Source of the DNA: Methylococcaceae bacterium TMED69
Lineage (GTDB): Bacteria; Pseudomonadota; Gammaproteobacteria; Ga0077536
Assembly: GCA_002170535.1 (NCBI GenBank)
Contig: NHDW01000004.1
Location: 395,673 to 459,672 of the forward strand
DNA length: 64,000 nucleotides
Direction of reading: 5' to 3'
A program made the translations under genes and the position numbers. Below the pieces are notes generated by a model that was not told the origin of the DNA, searched no databases, and saw only the letters and a list, made by a program, of their open reading frames with translations. Below are positions 1-11,606 of the stretch, piece after piece; within the stretch, counting starts at the first letter, position 1; the number at the start of each line of letters is the position of its first letter.

Positions 1-379
1 TCAAAAAGGAGCAACTGGGGAGAACTTACTTAAGTTATTAGAGAGAAGGCTTGATAATGTCGTCTATAGGATGGGTTTTGGATGCACTAGAGCCGAGGCA
101 AGACAACTCGTCAGTCATAAATCGATTGAGTTAAATGGCAAGATCGTAAATATCCCTTCTTATCAAGTTAAAGATCAAGATATAATAAGTGTACGAGAAG
201 CGTCAAAAGGTCAGGTCCGTATACAAGACTCACTATCAGTGGCCGAACAGCTTGGTTTCCCTGAGTGGATTGACGTAAACAGTAAAAAGATGGAAGGAAA
301 ATTCAACTCGGCTCCAGAAAGAGATGATCTGCCTGCTGATATAAACGAATCTTTAGTTGTAGAATTGTATTCAAAATAA
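1..379 (+). CDS. rpsD: 30S ribosomal protein S4, C-terminal part (5' end lies outside the window)
   Basis: Frame 2 is open from the window start. The translation [27 protein letters not shown]...VVELYSK matches the conserved S4 RNA-binding half. It directly precedes rpoA, as in the alpha operon. Confidence 0.9.
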   Translation, partial: QKGATGENLLKLLERRLDNVVYRMGFGCTRAEARQLVSHKSIELNGKIVNIPSYQVKDQDIISVREASKGQVRIQDSLSVAEQLGFPEWIDVNSKKMEGKFNSAPERDDLPADINESLVVELYSK

Positions 380-405
380 ATTATAAATAGAAAGGAGACT
401 CGATA

Positions 406-1398
406 ATGGCGCTAGCCTTGGATGAGTTTTTAAAACCACAAATAGCTGAAGTTGAGCCAATCAACGAACGCTCCGCAAAAATAACGATTGAGCCGTTAGA
501 TAGAGGATTTGGTCATACTCTTGGTAATGCTTTAAGAAGAGTACTTTTATCGTCAATGCCTGGGAGTGCTATAACCGAGATCGAAATCGATGGTGTATTG
601 CACGAGTATTCAACTATTGAGGGAGTTCAGGAAGACCTAACAGACATCCTCCTAAACCTAAAAAGCCTGGCAATTTGCGTTAATTCAAAGAAAGATGCAG
701 TTCTCACTTTAAACAAAAGAGGTCCAGGCGAAGTTACTGCGAAGGATATCAATCTTGACCATGACATAGAGATAGTTGACCCGGAACATCATATAGCGAG
801 TTTAGGTGATAACGGTGAACTTAATGTAAAGCTTTATGTCTCTAAAGGAAGAGGTTACTCTCCCGCAGCTCCAGCCGATGCAGATGATCAGACGATTGGC
901 AGACTGAAACTTGATGCTTCGTTCAGTCCAATATACCGATGCACCTATGAAGTTCAGGCTGCTAGAGTAGAGCAGCAAACAGATTTTGATAAACTTATAA
1001 TTGAACTAGAAACTAATGGAACTATCGATCCAGAGCAGGCAGTTAAAGAAGCGGCGTCGATATTGCGGCATCAACTTGAGGTTTTTGGAGAAATAAGTGT
1101 TGAGGCCGAGGAAGAGGAGACTGAGCAAGAAGAAATTGTTATAGATCCTACATTATTGAGATCGATTGATGATCTGGAGTTGACAGTAAGGTCAGCTAAT
1201 TGCCTCAAAGCAGAGAGCATCTACTTTATTGGAGATTTGGTTCAAAGAACAGAGGTTCAATTATTAAAGACTCCAAATTTAGGCAAAAAGTCTTTGACAG
1301 AGATTAGAGATGTTCTGGGAGAACGTGGATTAACGCTGGGAATGACTTTAGAGCATTGGCCCCCAGCGAGTATGACTGCTACTGGCCCGTCAAGTTAA
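406..1398 (+). CDS. rpoA: DNA-directed RNA polymerase alpha subunit
   Basis: 330 aa. The N-terminus is [15 protein letters not shown] and the C-terminal domain reads [16 protein letters not shown]...[15 protein letters not shown]. It lies between rpsD and rplQ. Confidence 0.97.
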   Translation: MALALDEFLKPQIAEVEPINERSAKITIEPLDRGFGHTLGNALRRVLLSSMPGSAITEIEIDGVLHEYSTIEGVQEDLTDILLNLKSLAICVNSKKDAVLTLNKRGPGEVTAKDINLDHDIEIVDPEHHIASLGDNGELNVKLYVSKGRGYSPAAPADADDQTIGRLKLDASFSPIYRCTYEVQAARVEQQTDFDKLIIELETNGTIDPEQAVKEAASILRHQLEVFGEISVEAEEEETEQEEIVIDPTLLRSIDDLELTVRSANCLKAESIYFIGDLVQRTEVQLLKTPNLGKKSLTEIRDVLGERGLTLGMTLEHWPPASMTATGPSS

Positions 1399-1412
1399 CA
1401 GAGATATTTAAC

Positions 1413-1802
1413 ATGAGGCATAAGAAATCCGGAAGAAAACTAAATATGGACTCCTCAAAAAGGAAGCTTATGTTTAGAAACCTAGCTGTTTCCTTGTTTG
1501 AGAATGAAATGATAAAAACCACATTAGCTAGAGCAAAAGAATTGAGGAGGGTTGTTGAGCCATTAATTACTTTATCAAAGCTCGACTCAGTTGCCCGCAG
1601 AAGGCAAGCTTTCTCAACTTTGAGGAATAATGATTCAGTGAAAAAGCTATTTGACACGATCGGACCAAAATATATCGACAGGCCCGGGGGATATACAAGA
1701 ATTTTAAAATGTGGTCCTAGAGCTGGTGACAACGCGCCGATGGCGTATGTTGAGTTGGTTGGTAGAGAGCCTAATATTGATGTTTCTTCAGAAGAAGATT
1801 GA
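1413..1802 (+). CDS. rplQ: 50S ribosomal protein L17
   Basis: The internal ATG at 1413 gives [11 protein letters not shown]..., the canonical L17 start. The ORF-track start at 1356 overlaps rpoA and looks like an upstream extension. Confidence 0.95.
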   Translation: MRHKKSGRKLNMDSSKRKLMFRNLAVSLFENEMIKTTLARAKELRRVVEPLITLSKLDSVARRRQAFSTLRNNDSVKKLFDTIGPKYIDRPGGYTRILKCGPRAGDNAPMAYVELVGREPNIDVSSEED

Positions 1803-1808
1803 AAGTTT

Positions 1809-3251
1809 CTACTGATTCAACTTGTCCTTAATAAGTTTGCTTATACTTTTAGGGTCTGCTTTCCCGGCGGATACCTTCATAACCTGGCCAACTAAGAATC
1901 CAAGTATCTTGTTTTTCCCTGATAAGTACTGTTCTATTTGCTTGGGATGTTCATTTAATACTTTGCTAACGATTTTCCTTAGATTTTCATCATTAAAATT
2001 TTCTTTTCCCGATAAAGTCTTTTTTATTGCTTCCTCAATCAGTGCTTCATCTTCCCAAATCATTCGCAGTATGCGTTTTCCATCATTTTGAGTACATTTA
2101 TCTGTTTCGATTAATTTCAAAATTTTAACAAAGCTTTCCACACTAATTTTTATTTGCTTGATATTAATATTTTGGTCTTTCAAGTATTTCATAATTTCGC
2201 CAGTTATCCAGTTGGCTGCTAACTTCGGTGGCAATGCGGAGTTTGCAATTGATTTTTCAAAAAAGCGGGTTAACGCTGGGTCGGCCAAAAGGGTGTCGAT
2301 TTGGGCTTGATTGAGACCTAGCACCGTTGCGTATCTTTTCCTTTTATCTAACGGTAGCTCGATAGCTATGCTTTTTATTAATTTTAATTTATTTTTATCA
2401 ATCTCTACTGGCAAGAGGTCTGGGTCAGAGAAGTATCTATAATCATTCTCATCTTCTTTGGTGCGCATTGTTTTGGTCTCACCAGTTTTTTCGTCATAAA
2501 GTCTCGTCTCTTGGGTAATTTTTTCTTTATTTTCGAGTCTATTAATTTGCCTAGCAATTTCAAAATTTATGGCATTCTCAACAAATTTGAATGAATTTAA
2601 GTTTTTTATTTCTACTTTAGTTCCCAATTTCTTATCCTGACTTCGTTTAATAGAAATGTTTGCGTCGCATCTAAAGGAACCCTCTTGCATATTCCCATCA
2701 CATATTTGTAAATGTCTGACAAGTTCTCTCAGGTTTTTCATAAATGAAACTGCTTCCTGTGCGTTCCTCATTTCAGGTTCACTAACAACTTCTATAAGTG
2801 GTGTTCCAGCTCTGTTTAAATCTAATCCGGTTAGTCTTTCGTTAGGAATGTGAATAGATTTACCAGCGTCTTCTTCTAAGTGAGCTCTTGTTAAATTGAT
2901 TTTTTTTTCCTGACTACCTGCTTCTATTAGTAAAAAGCCTCCGGATATTATTGGTTCGTCGAATTGACTAATTTGATAACCTTTGGGTAGATCGGGATAA
3001 AAATAGTTTTTTCTAGCAAAAACGGTTTGCTCAGGAATATTGCCGTCAAGCGCTACACCTAACTTGATGGCCATTACGATTGCCTCTTCATTTATAACCG
3101 GTAGCGTGCCCGGGTAGCCTAGATCAATAAGACTCGTTTGGGAATTAGCTACTCCACCAAATTTATTCGGAGCGCCTGAAAATAATTTGCTTTTTGTATT
3201 TAATTGGATGTGGACTTCCAGTCCGATTACGGTTTCCCAATTATTACTCAT
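1809..3251 (-). CDS. gatB: Asp/Glu-tRNA(Asn/Gln) amidotransferase subunit B
   Basis: MSNNWETVIGLEVHIQLNTKSKLFS... is a typical GatB N-terminus, and the protein is full length with a YqeY-like tail. I chose the ATG at 3251 (alternatives 3263 and 3320), which overlaps the gatA stop by 8 nt. Confidence 0.92.
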   Translation of the reverse strand: MSNNWETVIGLEVHIQLNTKSKLFSGAPNKFGGVANSQTSLIDLGYPGTLPVINEEAIVMAIKLGVALDGNIPEQTVFARKNYFYPDLPKGYQISQFDEPIISGGFLLIEAGSQEKKINLTRAHLEEDAGKSIHIPNERLTGLDLNRAGTPLIEVVSEPEMRNAQEAVSFMKNLRELVRHLQICDGNMQEGSFRCDANISIKRSQDKKLGTKVEIKNLNSFKFVENAINFEIARQINRLENKEKITQETRLYDEKTGETKTMRTKEDENDYRYFSDPDLLPVEIDKNKLKLIKSIAIELPLDKRKRYATVLGLNQAQIDTLLADPALTRFFEKSIANSALPPKLAANWITGEIMKYLKDQNINIKQIKISVESFVKILKLIETDKCTQNDGKRILRMIWEDEALIEEAIKKTLSGKENFNDENLRKIVSKVLNEHPKQIEQYLSGKNKILGFLVGQVMKVSAGKADPKSISKLIKDKLNQ

Positions 3252-4719
3252 CACAAGACTCATTAAATTTTGGAATTTGATAATGCCATTCAGAGTGCAG
3301 TTGAAATTGATGGGCGACATTTAAAAGGACGCGCTCATTGAATGCCTGTCCAATTAGTTGCATTCCTATGGGAAGTTCTTTTTTGCCAAAACCAGCAGGA
3401 ATTGAGATCGCTGGTAATCCTGCTAAGTTCACAGGGATCGTATAGAGGTCGCTTGAATACAATTCAGTAGGGTCATTTCGAGCCTCTTTGTTCAACGGAA
3501 AAGCAGTTGAGGGTGTCGTTGGCCCTAAAATGACATCTACTTTTTTAAAAGCTTGATTAAAGTCATTTTTTAATACAGACCTTACTCTTTGCGCTTGCTC
3601 ATAATATTTATCATAGTAACCTGAGGATAGAGCATAGGTGCCTATAAGTATTCTTCTTTTGACTTCAGTTCCAAAACCTTCATTCCTCGTATTTTTATAC
3701 AAGGAATCTATGTCATTTGAATTAATTGACCTAAAGCCGTATCTAACACCGTCGAAACGTGCAAGATTAGATGAGCACTCCGCAGGGGCAATTATATAGT
3801 AAGCTGCAATAGCCATTTCTGTGTTGGGTAGTTCAATATCTACTAAAACGCATCCTAATTTAGAAAAAATATCTTTTGCCTCGGCTAAGCAGTGTCCAAT
3901 CTCTGAGTCTAAATTTCCATCAAAATATTCCTTTGGAATTCCTATTTTCTTACCTTCAAGTTTCGCATAGAGCTCAGAACTATAGTCTCCTTTTGGAATA
4001 TTTGCAGATGTAGAGTCTTTAGGGTCAAAACCAGATAGAAATTCCATGCAAAGAGCACAATCTTCTACATTTCGCGTTAAAAAACCTGCTTGGTCGAGAC
4101 TTGACGCGAAAGCAATCATGCCAAATCTTGAAATCCGTCCGTAGGTTGGTTTTAACCCCGTTATTCCGCAGAGTGCGGCTGGTTGTCTAATGGAACCCCC
4201 AGTATCTGATCCTGTCGCGAAAGGGACTAGCCCAGCTGCAACTGCAGCGGCTGATCCGCCAGATGAACCTCCTGGTACTTTTGTCAAATCCCATGGGTTT
4301 TTTACCGCGCCAAAAAAACTCGTTTCGTTTGTAGAACCCATTGCAAATTCATCCATATTGGTTTTCCCTAGCATTATCAAACCAAGATTCTTTGCGCGAC
4401 GAACTATCTCGGCATCGTAAAGTGGTAAAAAGTTTTCAAGCATTTTTGAACCGCATGTCGTTCTTATCTGACTTGTACAAAAAATATCTTTGTTAGCATA
4501 TGGAATACCTGCAAACGGTGATGGGACACTATTACTTTTTAAATCGGCCTTTTCTGCTTCTTTTAAGGCAGATTCTCTGCAGACTGTAATGAAACAGTTT
4601 ATTTTTTTATTTGCTTTTTCTATCCTGTCTAAAAAAAATTTTGTTAATTCTTTGCAAGAAAAGGACTTGTTATCTAAGCCTTTTTTTATGTCAGACAAGC
4701 TGTCTGTTGGGGTAATCAA
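3244..4719 (-). CDS. gatA: Asp/Glu-tRNA(Asn/Gln) amidotransferase subunit A
   Basis: 491 aa with the amidase signature GGSSGGSAAAVAAG. It lies between gatC and gatB. Confidence 0.95.
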   Translation of the reverse strand: MITPTDSLSDIKKGLDNKSFSCKELTKFFLDRIEKANKKINCFITVCRESALKEAEKADLKSNSVPSPFAGIPYANKDIFCTSQIRTTCGSKMLENFLPLYDAEIVRRAKNLGLIMLGKTNMDEFAMGSTNETSFFGAVKNPWDLTKVPGGSSGGSAAAVAAGLVPFATGSDTGGSIRQPAALCGITGLKPTYGRISRFGMIAFASSLDQAGFLTRNVEDCALCMEFLSGFDPKDSTSANIPKGDYSSELYAKLEGKKIGIPKEYFDGNLDSEIGHCLAEAKDIFSKLGCVLVDIELPNTEMAIAAYYIIAPAECSSNLARFDGVRYGFRSINSNDIDSLYKNTRNEGFGTEVKRRILIGTYALSSGYYDKYYEQAQRVRSVLKNDFNQAFKKVDVILGPTTPSTAFPLNKEARNDPTELYSSDLYTIPVNLAGLPAISIPAGFGKKELPIGMQLIGQAFNERVLLNVAHQFQLHSEWHYQIPKFNESCDE

Positions 4720-4724
4720 TGAAA

Positions 4725-5015
4725 TTACTCAATTACAAGTGGTACGGTTATTAAAGATTCTGAGCTATTAGGACTATTTTTTGAAATACTTAATCTATCA
4801 AGATTCTCCGTTATCTCATCTGGCCGTAATCGGCTTTTATGGGGAGCACTGACTTCTATAGAATTTTGATTGTTTATCAATGGCTGCTCATTTATTTTAT
4901 CAACAAATTTAAGGATTTTGTTTAGTTGTTTTTGCAGTTCCTCTACATCCTTTTCAGATATCTCGATTTTAGCTAAATCTCCAAGTTTGAGAATTTCCTT
5001 TCTTGTAATAGTCAC
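4725..5015 (-). CDS. gatC: Asp/Glu-tRNA(Asn/Gln) amidotransferase subunit C
   Basis: 96 aa, reading KLGDLAKIEISEKDVEELQKQLNKILKFVDKI. It is the first gene of the gatCAB order. Confidence 0.9.
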   Translation of the reverse strand: MTITRKEILKLGDLAKIEISEKDVEELQKQLNKILKFVDKINEQPLINNQNSIEVSAPHKSRLRPDEITENLDRLSISKNSPNSSESLITVPLVIE

Positions 5016-5206
5016 TTTGGTTCCTTTGGGCAGTATTATTTATTTTTATATTATAGTTCAACTAGTTGAGTGTTTCTTTCTCCAATGGTAAGCTCTTTTT
5101 TTGAAGAATTTCTGGCATTAGACTAATTAGTGTACCAAAAAATCACAAATCAAAATATGGATCATTGATATGGTAATCAAATGGTTTGGTAAGTGGCAAA
5201 TAATAG

Positions 5207-6268
<1,062 letters not shown>

Positions 6269-7132
6269 TTGTGCTTTTATGAGGTGGCCAAAATCAGTGG
6301 TTTAGGTAAAGTAAAACAAAATATTACGCCACGACTGGTTGTTTGTGCAGTAATTTCTTTCTTATGCATTTCAGTTGATAGACAAAGTAATTATTTAAAT
6401 CCAGTCAGAGAAACACTTTCGTTTGTTGTTTATCCTATTCAGTTAGCAGTTGATTTACAAATAGGTTTGATAGAGACGATTTCTAGCTATTTAAAGACGC
6501 AAAAGACTCTCATAAATGACATGGAAAAATTAAGAACAGAGAATTTGCAGCTGAGTGTTAGGGCGCAAAGATATTCTGCTGTCAAAAGAGAGAATAGCAG
6601 ATTGAGAGATTTACTGGATTTCCCAGTCGTTCCTAATCAACGAACTATTGTTGCGAATATTTTGTCAATTGATACCAAAAGTGGTTCACAGCAAATCGTA
6701 GTTAACAAAGGTGAAAATACTGGCGCTCAAGTGGGTCAAGCAATGGTAGACGTACATGGTGTTATTGGACAAGTTATCAAGGTCGGACCATACTCTTCGA
6801 CTGGTTTATTAATTACAGACCCTAAGCACTCTATTCCAGTTGAGCTTAACAGGACAGGACTTAGAGCACTTGTCACTGGAATTGATGAGTCTAAAAAACT
6901 ATCTTTATCTTTTGTGCCTATAGATGCAGACGTGGTTACAGGTGATCTGGTAGTTAGTTCTGGTTTGGGAAATAGATTCCCATCGGGCTATCCTGTTGGA
7001 ACCATAAAATCTGTGGCCAGAGTAAAAGGAGAATCATTTGCAGATATCTCCGTAGAACCGATTTCAGATCTTACCTTTTCAAGAGAAGTTCTTTTAGTCG
7101 GCTCCCCTTCCCAAAACCAGGGGGCTGAATGA
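6269..7132 (+). CDS. mreC: Rod-shape-determining protein MreC
   Basis: It has an N-terminal TM segment, a coiled-coil stretch (LRTENLQLSVRAQRYSAVKRENSRLRDLL) and a beta-rich C-terminus. The TTG start at 6269 abuts the mreB stop, so the exact start is uncertain. Confidence 0.85.
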   Translation: MCFYEVAKISGLGKVKQNITPRLVVCAVISFLCISVDRQSNYLNPVRETLSFVVYPIQLAVDLQIGLIETISSYLKTQKTLINDMEKLRTENLQLSVRAQRYSAVKRENSRLRDLLDFPVVPNQRTIVANILSIDTKSGSQQIVVNKGENTGAQVGQAMVDVHGVIGQVIKVGPYSSTGLLITDPKHSIPVELNRTGLRALVTGIDESKKLSLSFVPIDADVVTGDLVVSSGLGNRFPSGYPVGTIKSVARVKGESFADISVEPISDLTFSREVLLVGSPSQNQGAE

Positions 7133-7641
7133 GCACGTTACAAACATTCGGAAGAGAAAGAAATCGAAGCGATTTAATATTTGCAGTGACCTCAATAATT
7201 TTTGGCTTTATGTTGACAGCGATTCCATTCCCAGATTGGTTGAGTGACTTGAAACCTAATTGGATTGGGCTTTTTGTATTTTATTGGTGTATTACTGCTC
7301 CTCAGAGAGTTGGAGTGGTTTTTTGTTTTATTACGGGAATGTTGCTGGATGTTCAACACGGTAGCTCACTCGGGGAACATGCCTTATGCTTATCCTTCAT
7401 TGCTTATTTTGCAGTAACAAATCATCGCAGATTTATACTTTATCCTTCGATTCAACAATCTATCGTGATATTTTTTGTTATATTTTTATACGGGTTAATT
7501 ATTGCGAATATCCAAAGGTTTTCTTCTAATATTACATTTGAATGGGGGGTTCTGTATCAGGCGATGATTACTGCAATTGCTTGGCCATGGTTTCAATTAA
7601 TTTTAGGTGAGTTGAGGCGACTGTTAACATATCGTTCGTAG
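7129..7641 (+). CDS. mreD: Rod-shape-determining protein MreD
   Basis: 170-aa polytopic hydrophobic protein. It overlaps the mreC stop (ATGA) and sits in the conserved position. Confidence 0.8.
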   Translation: MSTLQTFGRERNRSDLIFAVTSIIFGFMLTAIPFPDWLSDLKPNWIGLFVFYWCITAPQRVGVVFCFITGMLLDVQHGSSLGEHALCLSFIAYFAVTNHRRFILYPSIQQSIVIFFVIFLYGLIIANIQRFSSNITFEWGVLYQAMITAIAWPWFQLILGELRRLLTYRS

Positions 7642-7665
7642 GTTAAATTAAAGTTTGAATTTATA

Positions 7666-9549
7666 ATGAAAAGCTTCGGTGAAATACGAGATAGTAATTT
7701 AGAAAGAGACATTTTTCTTAATAGAGTCATTTTAGCAATTGTGGCAATTATTTTGATGGTTTGTCTTGTCATAATAAGGCTGATTTATCTTCAGGTTTAT
7801 AACCATCAACACTATACAACTTTATCGACTGAAAACTATATCAAAGTTCGGCCAGTAGCCCCTCCAAGAGGAGTTATATATAGTGCAGATGGTGTAATGC
7901 TTGCTGGTAATCGACCATCTTTTAATTTAGTTGGGGTTCCAGAGAAAATAAAAGATAACAATGCGCTGGTTTATGAGTTATCCCAGATTCTCGATATTAA
8001 TGAGTCTAAGCAAAATCAAATAATTAAAACCTTAAATACAGCAACTAGATTCACCGCTGTACCTTTAATGACTGATCTGAGCGAGGAACAAGTCGCTTTA
8101 TTTTCTGTCAACAGTCATAAATTTACCGGAGTAGCTGTTGAGGCTGGATTGTCTCGGTTTTATCCCCTAGGGAGTGATACAGCACACCTTCTTGGTTATG
8201 TTTCTAGAATCAGCAACAATGATAAAATAAGACTGCAAGATTCTAATTATGCCGCTACTCAGTACATCGGCAAAACTGGAGTTGAGCGTAAAAGAGAGCT
8301 ATTGCTCCACGGTAAAGTCGGGAGTAAGACTATTGAAATAAATGCTGAAGGTAGGCTCCTAAGAGTTGTTGATAGAGAGCCTCCAGTACCGGGTGAGGAT
8401 CTTAGATTGACCATTGACTCTAAACTTCAAAAGAAAGCGGCATCCTTGTTGCGGGACCTAGATAATCTCAGTGGTTCAATTGTGGCATTGGATGTGCGTA
8501 CCGGAGGAGTGCTGGCTATAGTCAGCCATCCTTCTTATGATCCCAATGCTTTTGCTAATGGAATTTCTCCGGAACTTTACACGACCTGGATGAATTCACC
8601 ATTCCGTCCTTTATTTGATAGATCTATCCAAGGGCAATACCCTCCAGGTTCGACCATTAAGCCTCTTCTTGCGTTGGTTGCTTTGGAGAATGGTCTCTCG
8701 GCCTCTCAGACCGTTAAATGTAACGGATGGTTTTCTTTACCAAGCGCTAGTCATAGATATAGATGTTGGGAAAAGGAGGGACACGGTAGGGTTAACCTAG
8801 TGGAAGCGATAGAGCGTTCTTGTGACGTATTTTTTTACAGTCTGTCTAATGATATCGGCATAAAGATGATTCACACTGTATTTGACCGATTTGGTTTAGG
8901 GAAAGCTACAGGCATAGATTTGCCCAACGAAGAAAAAGGCTTGGTTCCATCTCCAGAATGGAAAAAGAAAATAAAAAAATTACCTTGGTATCCAGGTGAA
9001 ACTGTTATAACCGGTATAGGCCAAGGTTTTCTTTTAGCCACCCCGCTACAACTCGCGAAGCTCGCAGCTACGTTGGCGAATCGAGGCAAGTCAGTTGAGC
9101 CTTTTATCATACAAACCGAGCAACTCGCCTTGTCTGATAAACAACAATCATACGACATAAGTGCGAATAAAAACTTAAAGGGCAACGACCGTTACTGGAA
9201 AGTCGTTAATGATGGCATGGTTGCTGTGGTGCATAGTAGCAAAGGGACAGCAAGAGGAATTGGCTATACCTCTAAGACAAAAATTGCGGGAAAAACTGGG
9301 ACTTCTCAGGTTTTTAGTATCGGCCAAGATGAAGAACTTGAAGATGAGGATATACCCAGTCATCTCAGAGACCACGCATTATTTGTAGCATATGCGCCTC
9401 CGGAAAATCCACGGATTGCTTTAGCCGTTGTAATTGAACACGGGGGCTCTGGAAGTGCCACGGCCGCGCCGATAGCACGGGCCATTTTAGACCAATATTT
9501 CACTAGGAAGGTTGATGCGGAACAATCTAGTTTATCGGCTACATATTGA
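7666..9549 (+). CDS. mrdA: Penicillin-binding protein 2 (elongasome transpeptidase)
   Basis: 627 aa with an N-terminal TM segment. It carries the SxxK motif (GSTIKP) and a KTGT motif (AGKTGTSQV). It is followed by rodA. Confidence 0.93.
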   Translation: MKSFGEIRDSNLERDIFLNRVILAIVAIILMVCLVIIRLIYLQVYNHQHYTTLSTENYIKVRPVAPPRGVIYSADGVMLAGNRPSFNLVGVPEKIKDNNALVYELSQILDINESKQNQIIKTLNTATRFTAVPLMTDLSEEQVALFSVNSHKFTGVAVEAGLSRFYPLGSDTAHLLGYVSRISNNDKIRLQDSNYAATQYIGKTGVERKRELLLHGKVGSKTIEINAEGRLLRVVDREPPVPGEDLRLTIDSKLQKKAASLLRDLDNLSGSIVALDVRTGGVLAIVSHPSYDPNAFANGISPELYTTWMNSPFRPLFDRSIQGQYPPGSTIKPLLALVALENGLSASQTVKCNGWFSLPSASHRYRCWEKEGHGRVNLVEAIERSCDVFFYSLSNDIGIKMIHTVFDRFGLGKATGIDLPNEEKGLVPSPEWKKKIKKLPWYPGETVITGIGQGFLLATPLQLAKLAATLANRGKSVEPFIIQTEQLALSDKQQSYDISANKNLKGNDRYWKVVNDGMVAVVHSSKGTARGIGYTSKTKIAGKTGTSQVFSIGQDEELEDEDIPSHLRDHALFVAYAPPENPRIALAVVIEHGGSGSATAAPIARAILDQYFTRKVDAEQSSLSATY

Positions 9550-10597
9550 TACTCCTTTGCTCGCCGGCGTAATAATCATGTGTTTGCTTGGGCTTGTGGT
9601 ACTGTATTCCGCATCGGAACAATCTATCGATCTTGTAGCGAAACAAGGTCTAAGAATGTTTGTTGGTCTTGTGGTAATGCTATTCATAGCGCAAATACCT
9701 CCTCAAAGACTCGCACATTGGGCACCTCTGGTATATCTAGGAGCTCTCATCTTGCTGGGTTTGGTTCTTTTATTCGGAACAGGCAGAGGAGTTCAGAGGT
9801 GGCTAGATGCAGGAATTTTTCGATTTCAACCATCAGAGCTTATGAAGGTAGTTGTACCGCTAACGGTAGCTAGCCTTGTGGCCAAAAAACTTCTTCCTCC
9901 TGATCTCAAGACTATATTATTATCCATCGTTGTTATTGCAATACCTACATTTTTGATAGGGAGACAGCCAGATCTAGGTACTGCGATTGTGGTGGCGGCA
10001 TCGGGCCTCGTCGTATTATTTTTTTCTGGCATAAGCTGGAAATTCATAAGAAATAGTTTATTTTTCGGGATTGCGATTGCTCCTATAGGTTGGTTTGCGA
10101 TGCATGAATATCAAAGGCAAAGGGTTCTCACTCTTTTTAATCCTGATAATGATGCTCTGGGAGCTGGCTATCATATCATTCAGTCCATTATAGCTGTTGG
10201 CTCAGGAGGAATATTCGGCAAAGGATGGCTCAATGGAACTCAATCCCATCTTGAATTTTTACCTGAGAGAGCTACAGACTTTATTTTTGCGGTTTATTGT
10301 GAAGAATTTGGACTTGTTGGGGTGGTTGTAATGCTTTTAGGCTATAGCTTAATAATTGCTCGTGGGGCTCAAATAGCTTTCTATGCGCAGGATACTTTTG
10401 GGAGGCTTCTTGCCATCGTTCTGACTTTGATGCTGTTTCTATCAGTATTTATCAATATGAGCATGGTAACAGGACAACTTCCAGTGGTAGGGATTCCACT
10501 ACCATTGATTAGTTACGGAGGAACCTCGGTAGTAACGGTAATGATTTGTATGGGCGTTTTGATGTCAATTCAAACTCATAGAAGGTTAGTGTTTTAA
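9515..10597 (+). CDS. rodA: SEDS-family peptidoglycan glycosyltransferase RodA
   Basis: Polytopic protein with the FtsW/RodA motifs PERATDFIFAVYCEEFGLVG and PLPLISYGGTS. Its start overlaps the mrdA end. Confidence 0.93.
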   Translation: MRNNLVYRLHIDTPLLAGVIIMCLLGLVVLYSASEQSIDLVAKQGLRMFVGLVVMLFIAQIPPQRLAHWAPLVYLGALILLGLVLLFGTGRGVQRWLDAGIFRFQPSELMKVVVPLTVASLVAKKLLPPDLKTILLSIVVIAIPTFLIGRQPDLGTAIVVAASGLVVLFFSGISWKFIRNSLFFGIAIAPIGWFAMHEYQRQRVLTLFNPDNDALGAGYHIIQSIIAVGSGGIFGKGWLNGTQSHLEFLPERATDFIFAVYCEEFGLVGVVVMLLGYSLIIARGAQIAFYAQDTFGRLLAIVLTLMLFLSVFINMSMVTGQLPVVGIPLPLISYGGTSVVTVMICMGVLMSIQTHRRLVF

Positions 10598-10599
10598 AC

Positions 10600-11601
10600 A
10601 TGAGATTAGCCATATTAATCCTAAGTATAGTTACCTTTGATTTGTTAGCTTTCTCTCTTGCAAATGAAACCATTGAGGAATTTGTTGAAGAATTAAAAGT
10701 TTATCCTCAATTAGATTTACTAAAAGTAAGCAATTCTTTACATAATATAAAAATTTCAAAAAAAATTATTGGCCTGATGGATCGGCCAGCAGAGAAGACA
10801 AAAACATGGACGCAATATCGAAGTTTGTTAGTTAGTGAAAAACGCGTACAGCAAGGATGTAGCTTTTTGAAAGAAAACCTGAAAACATTCCGTGAAGCAG
10901 AAGTTAGATATGGAGTTCCTTCTTCGATAATCGCGGGTATAGTAGGAGTTGAAACGTTTTACGGTAAAATAAAAGGTAACCATGATGTTTTTACAGCACT
11001 GGCTACGTTGGCGTTTCACTATCCAAAAGACAGCCCCAAAAGAAAAAATTTTTTTCGTTATCAACTTAAAGAATTTCTACTTATGGCTGACAAGCACGAA
11101 AGAGATTTCAATAGTTACAGGGGTTCTTATGCTGGCGCTTTAGGAATACCACAATTTATGCCCGACAATTATCGACGCTTAGCGGTTGATTTTAATAAAG
11201 ACGGAAAAATTGATATTATAAATAATGTTGAAGATGCTATAGGTAGTATTGGGAACTTCTTGCGTTATCATGGCTGGATTCCAAACGAAGCAGTAATTAG
11301 CGTTATACCTAAATCCAGCCACATAAAAAGCGCGAAAATTGAATCCAATCCTAGTAGGACCAATACCACCCTTGTCGAATTAGTACCCGACTGGAGGGAA
11401 ACAAAGTTTGTCCAAACAGGAAATACGGACGGAAATCTTGATTCTACTTTGGTCGCGTTACTTGAACAAAGTGAAGAAGGGGACGTGAAACAATGGTTAG
11501 GTTTTGAAAATTTCTTTACTTTGTTCCATTATAATCCTCGTCTTTTTTATGCGCTAGCAGTAGCCTCTTTAGCCGATGCGCTTAAGGAATGTGAGATATA
11601 A
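10600..11601 (+). CDS. mltB: Lytic murein transglycosylase B family protein
   Basis: It has a signal peptide and the MltB/SltB-type core GIVGVETFYGKIKGNHDVFTALATLAF...GALGIPQFMPDNY. Its position after rodA matches Pseudomonas sltB1. Confidence 0.85.
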   Translation: MRLAILILSIVTFDLLAFSLANETIEEFVEELKVYPQLDLLKVSNSLHNIKISKKIIGLMDRPAEKTKTWTQYRSLLVSEKRVQQGCSFLKENLKTFREAEVRYGVPSSIIAGIVGVETFYGKIKGNHDVFTALATLAFHYPKDSPKRKNFFRYQLKEFLLMADKHERDFNSYRGSYAGALGIPQFMPDNYRRLAVDFNKDGKIDIINNVEDAIGSIGNFLRYHGWIPNEAVISVIPKSSHIKSAKIESNPSRTNTTLVELVPDWRETKFVQTGNTDGNLDSTLVALLEQSEEGDVKQWLGFENFFTLFHYNPRLFYALAVASLADALKECEI

Positions 11602-11606
11602 GTTAA

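Noticed and set aside
1356-1412. Upstream extensions of ORF-track starts (1356, 3320, 12286, 19200, 32199, 40119, 41201, 42950, 44318, 47698, 49011)
   Set aside because: In each case an internal ATG reproduces the canonical family N-terminus and removes an implausible overlap with the upstream gene. The features are reported from the internal starts.
1379-1732. Antisense or shadow ORFs inside well-supported genes (for example 1379-1732, 25248-25688, 27181-27507, 38054-38410, 43035-43454, 49992-50405, 51061-51453, 55558-55956, 62772-63104)
   Set aside because: Each lies entirely within, or in an alternative frame of, a gene with strong family motifs. Their translations are low-complexity with no recognisable features.
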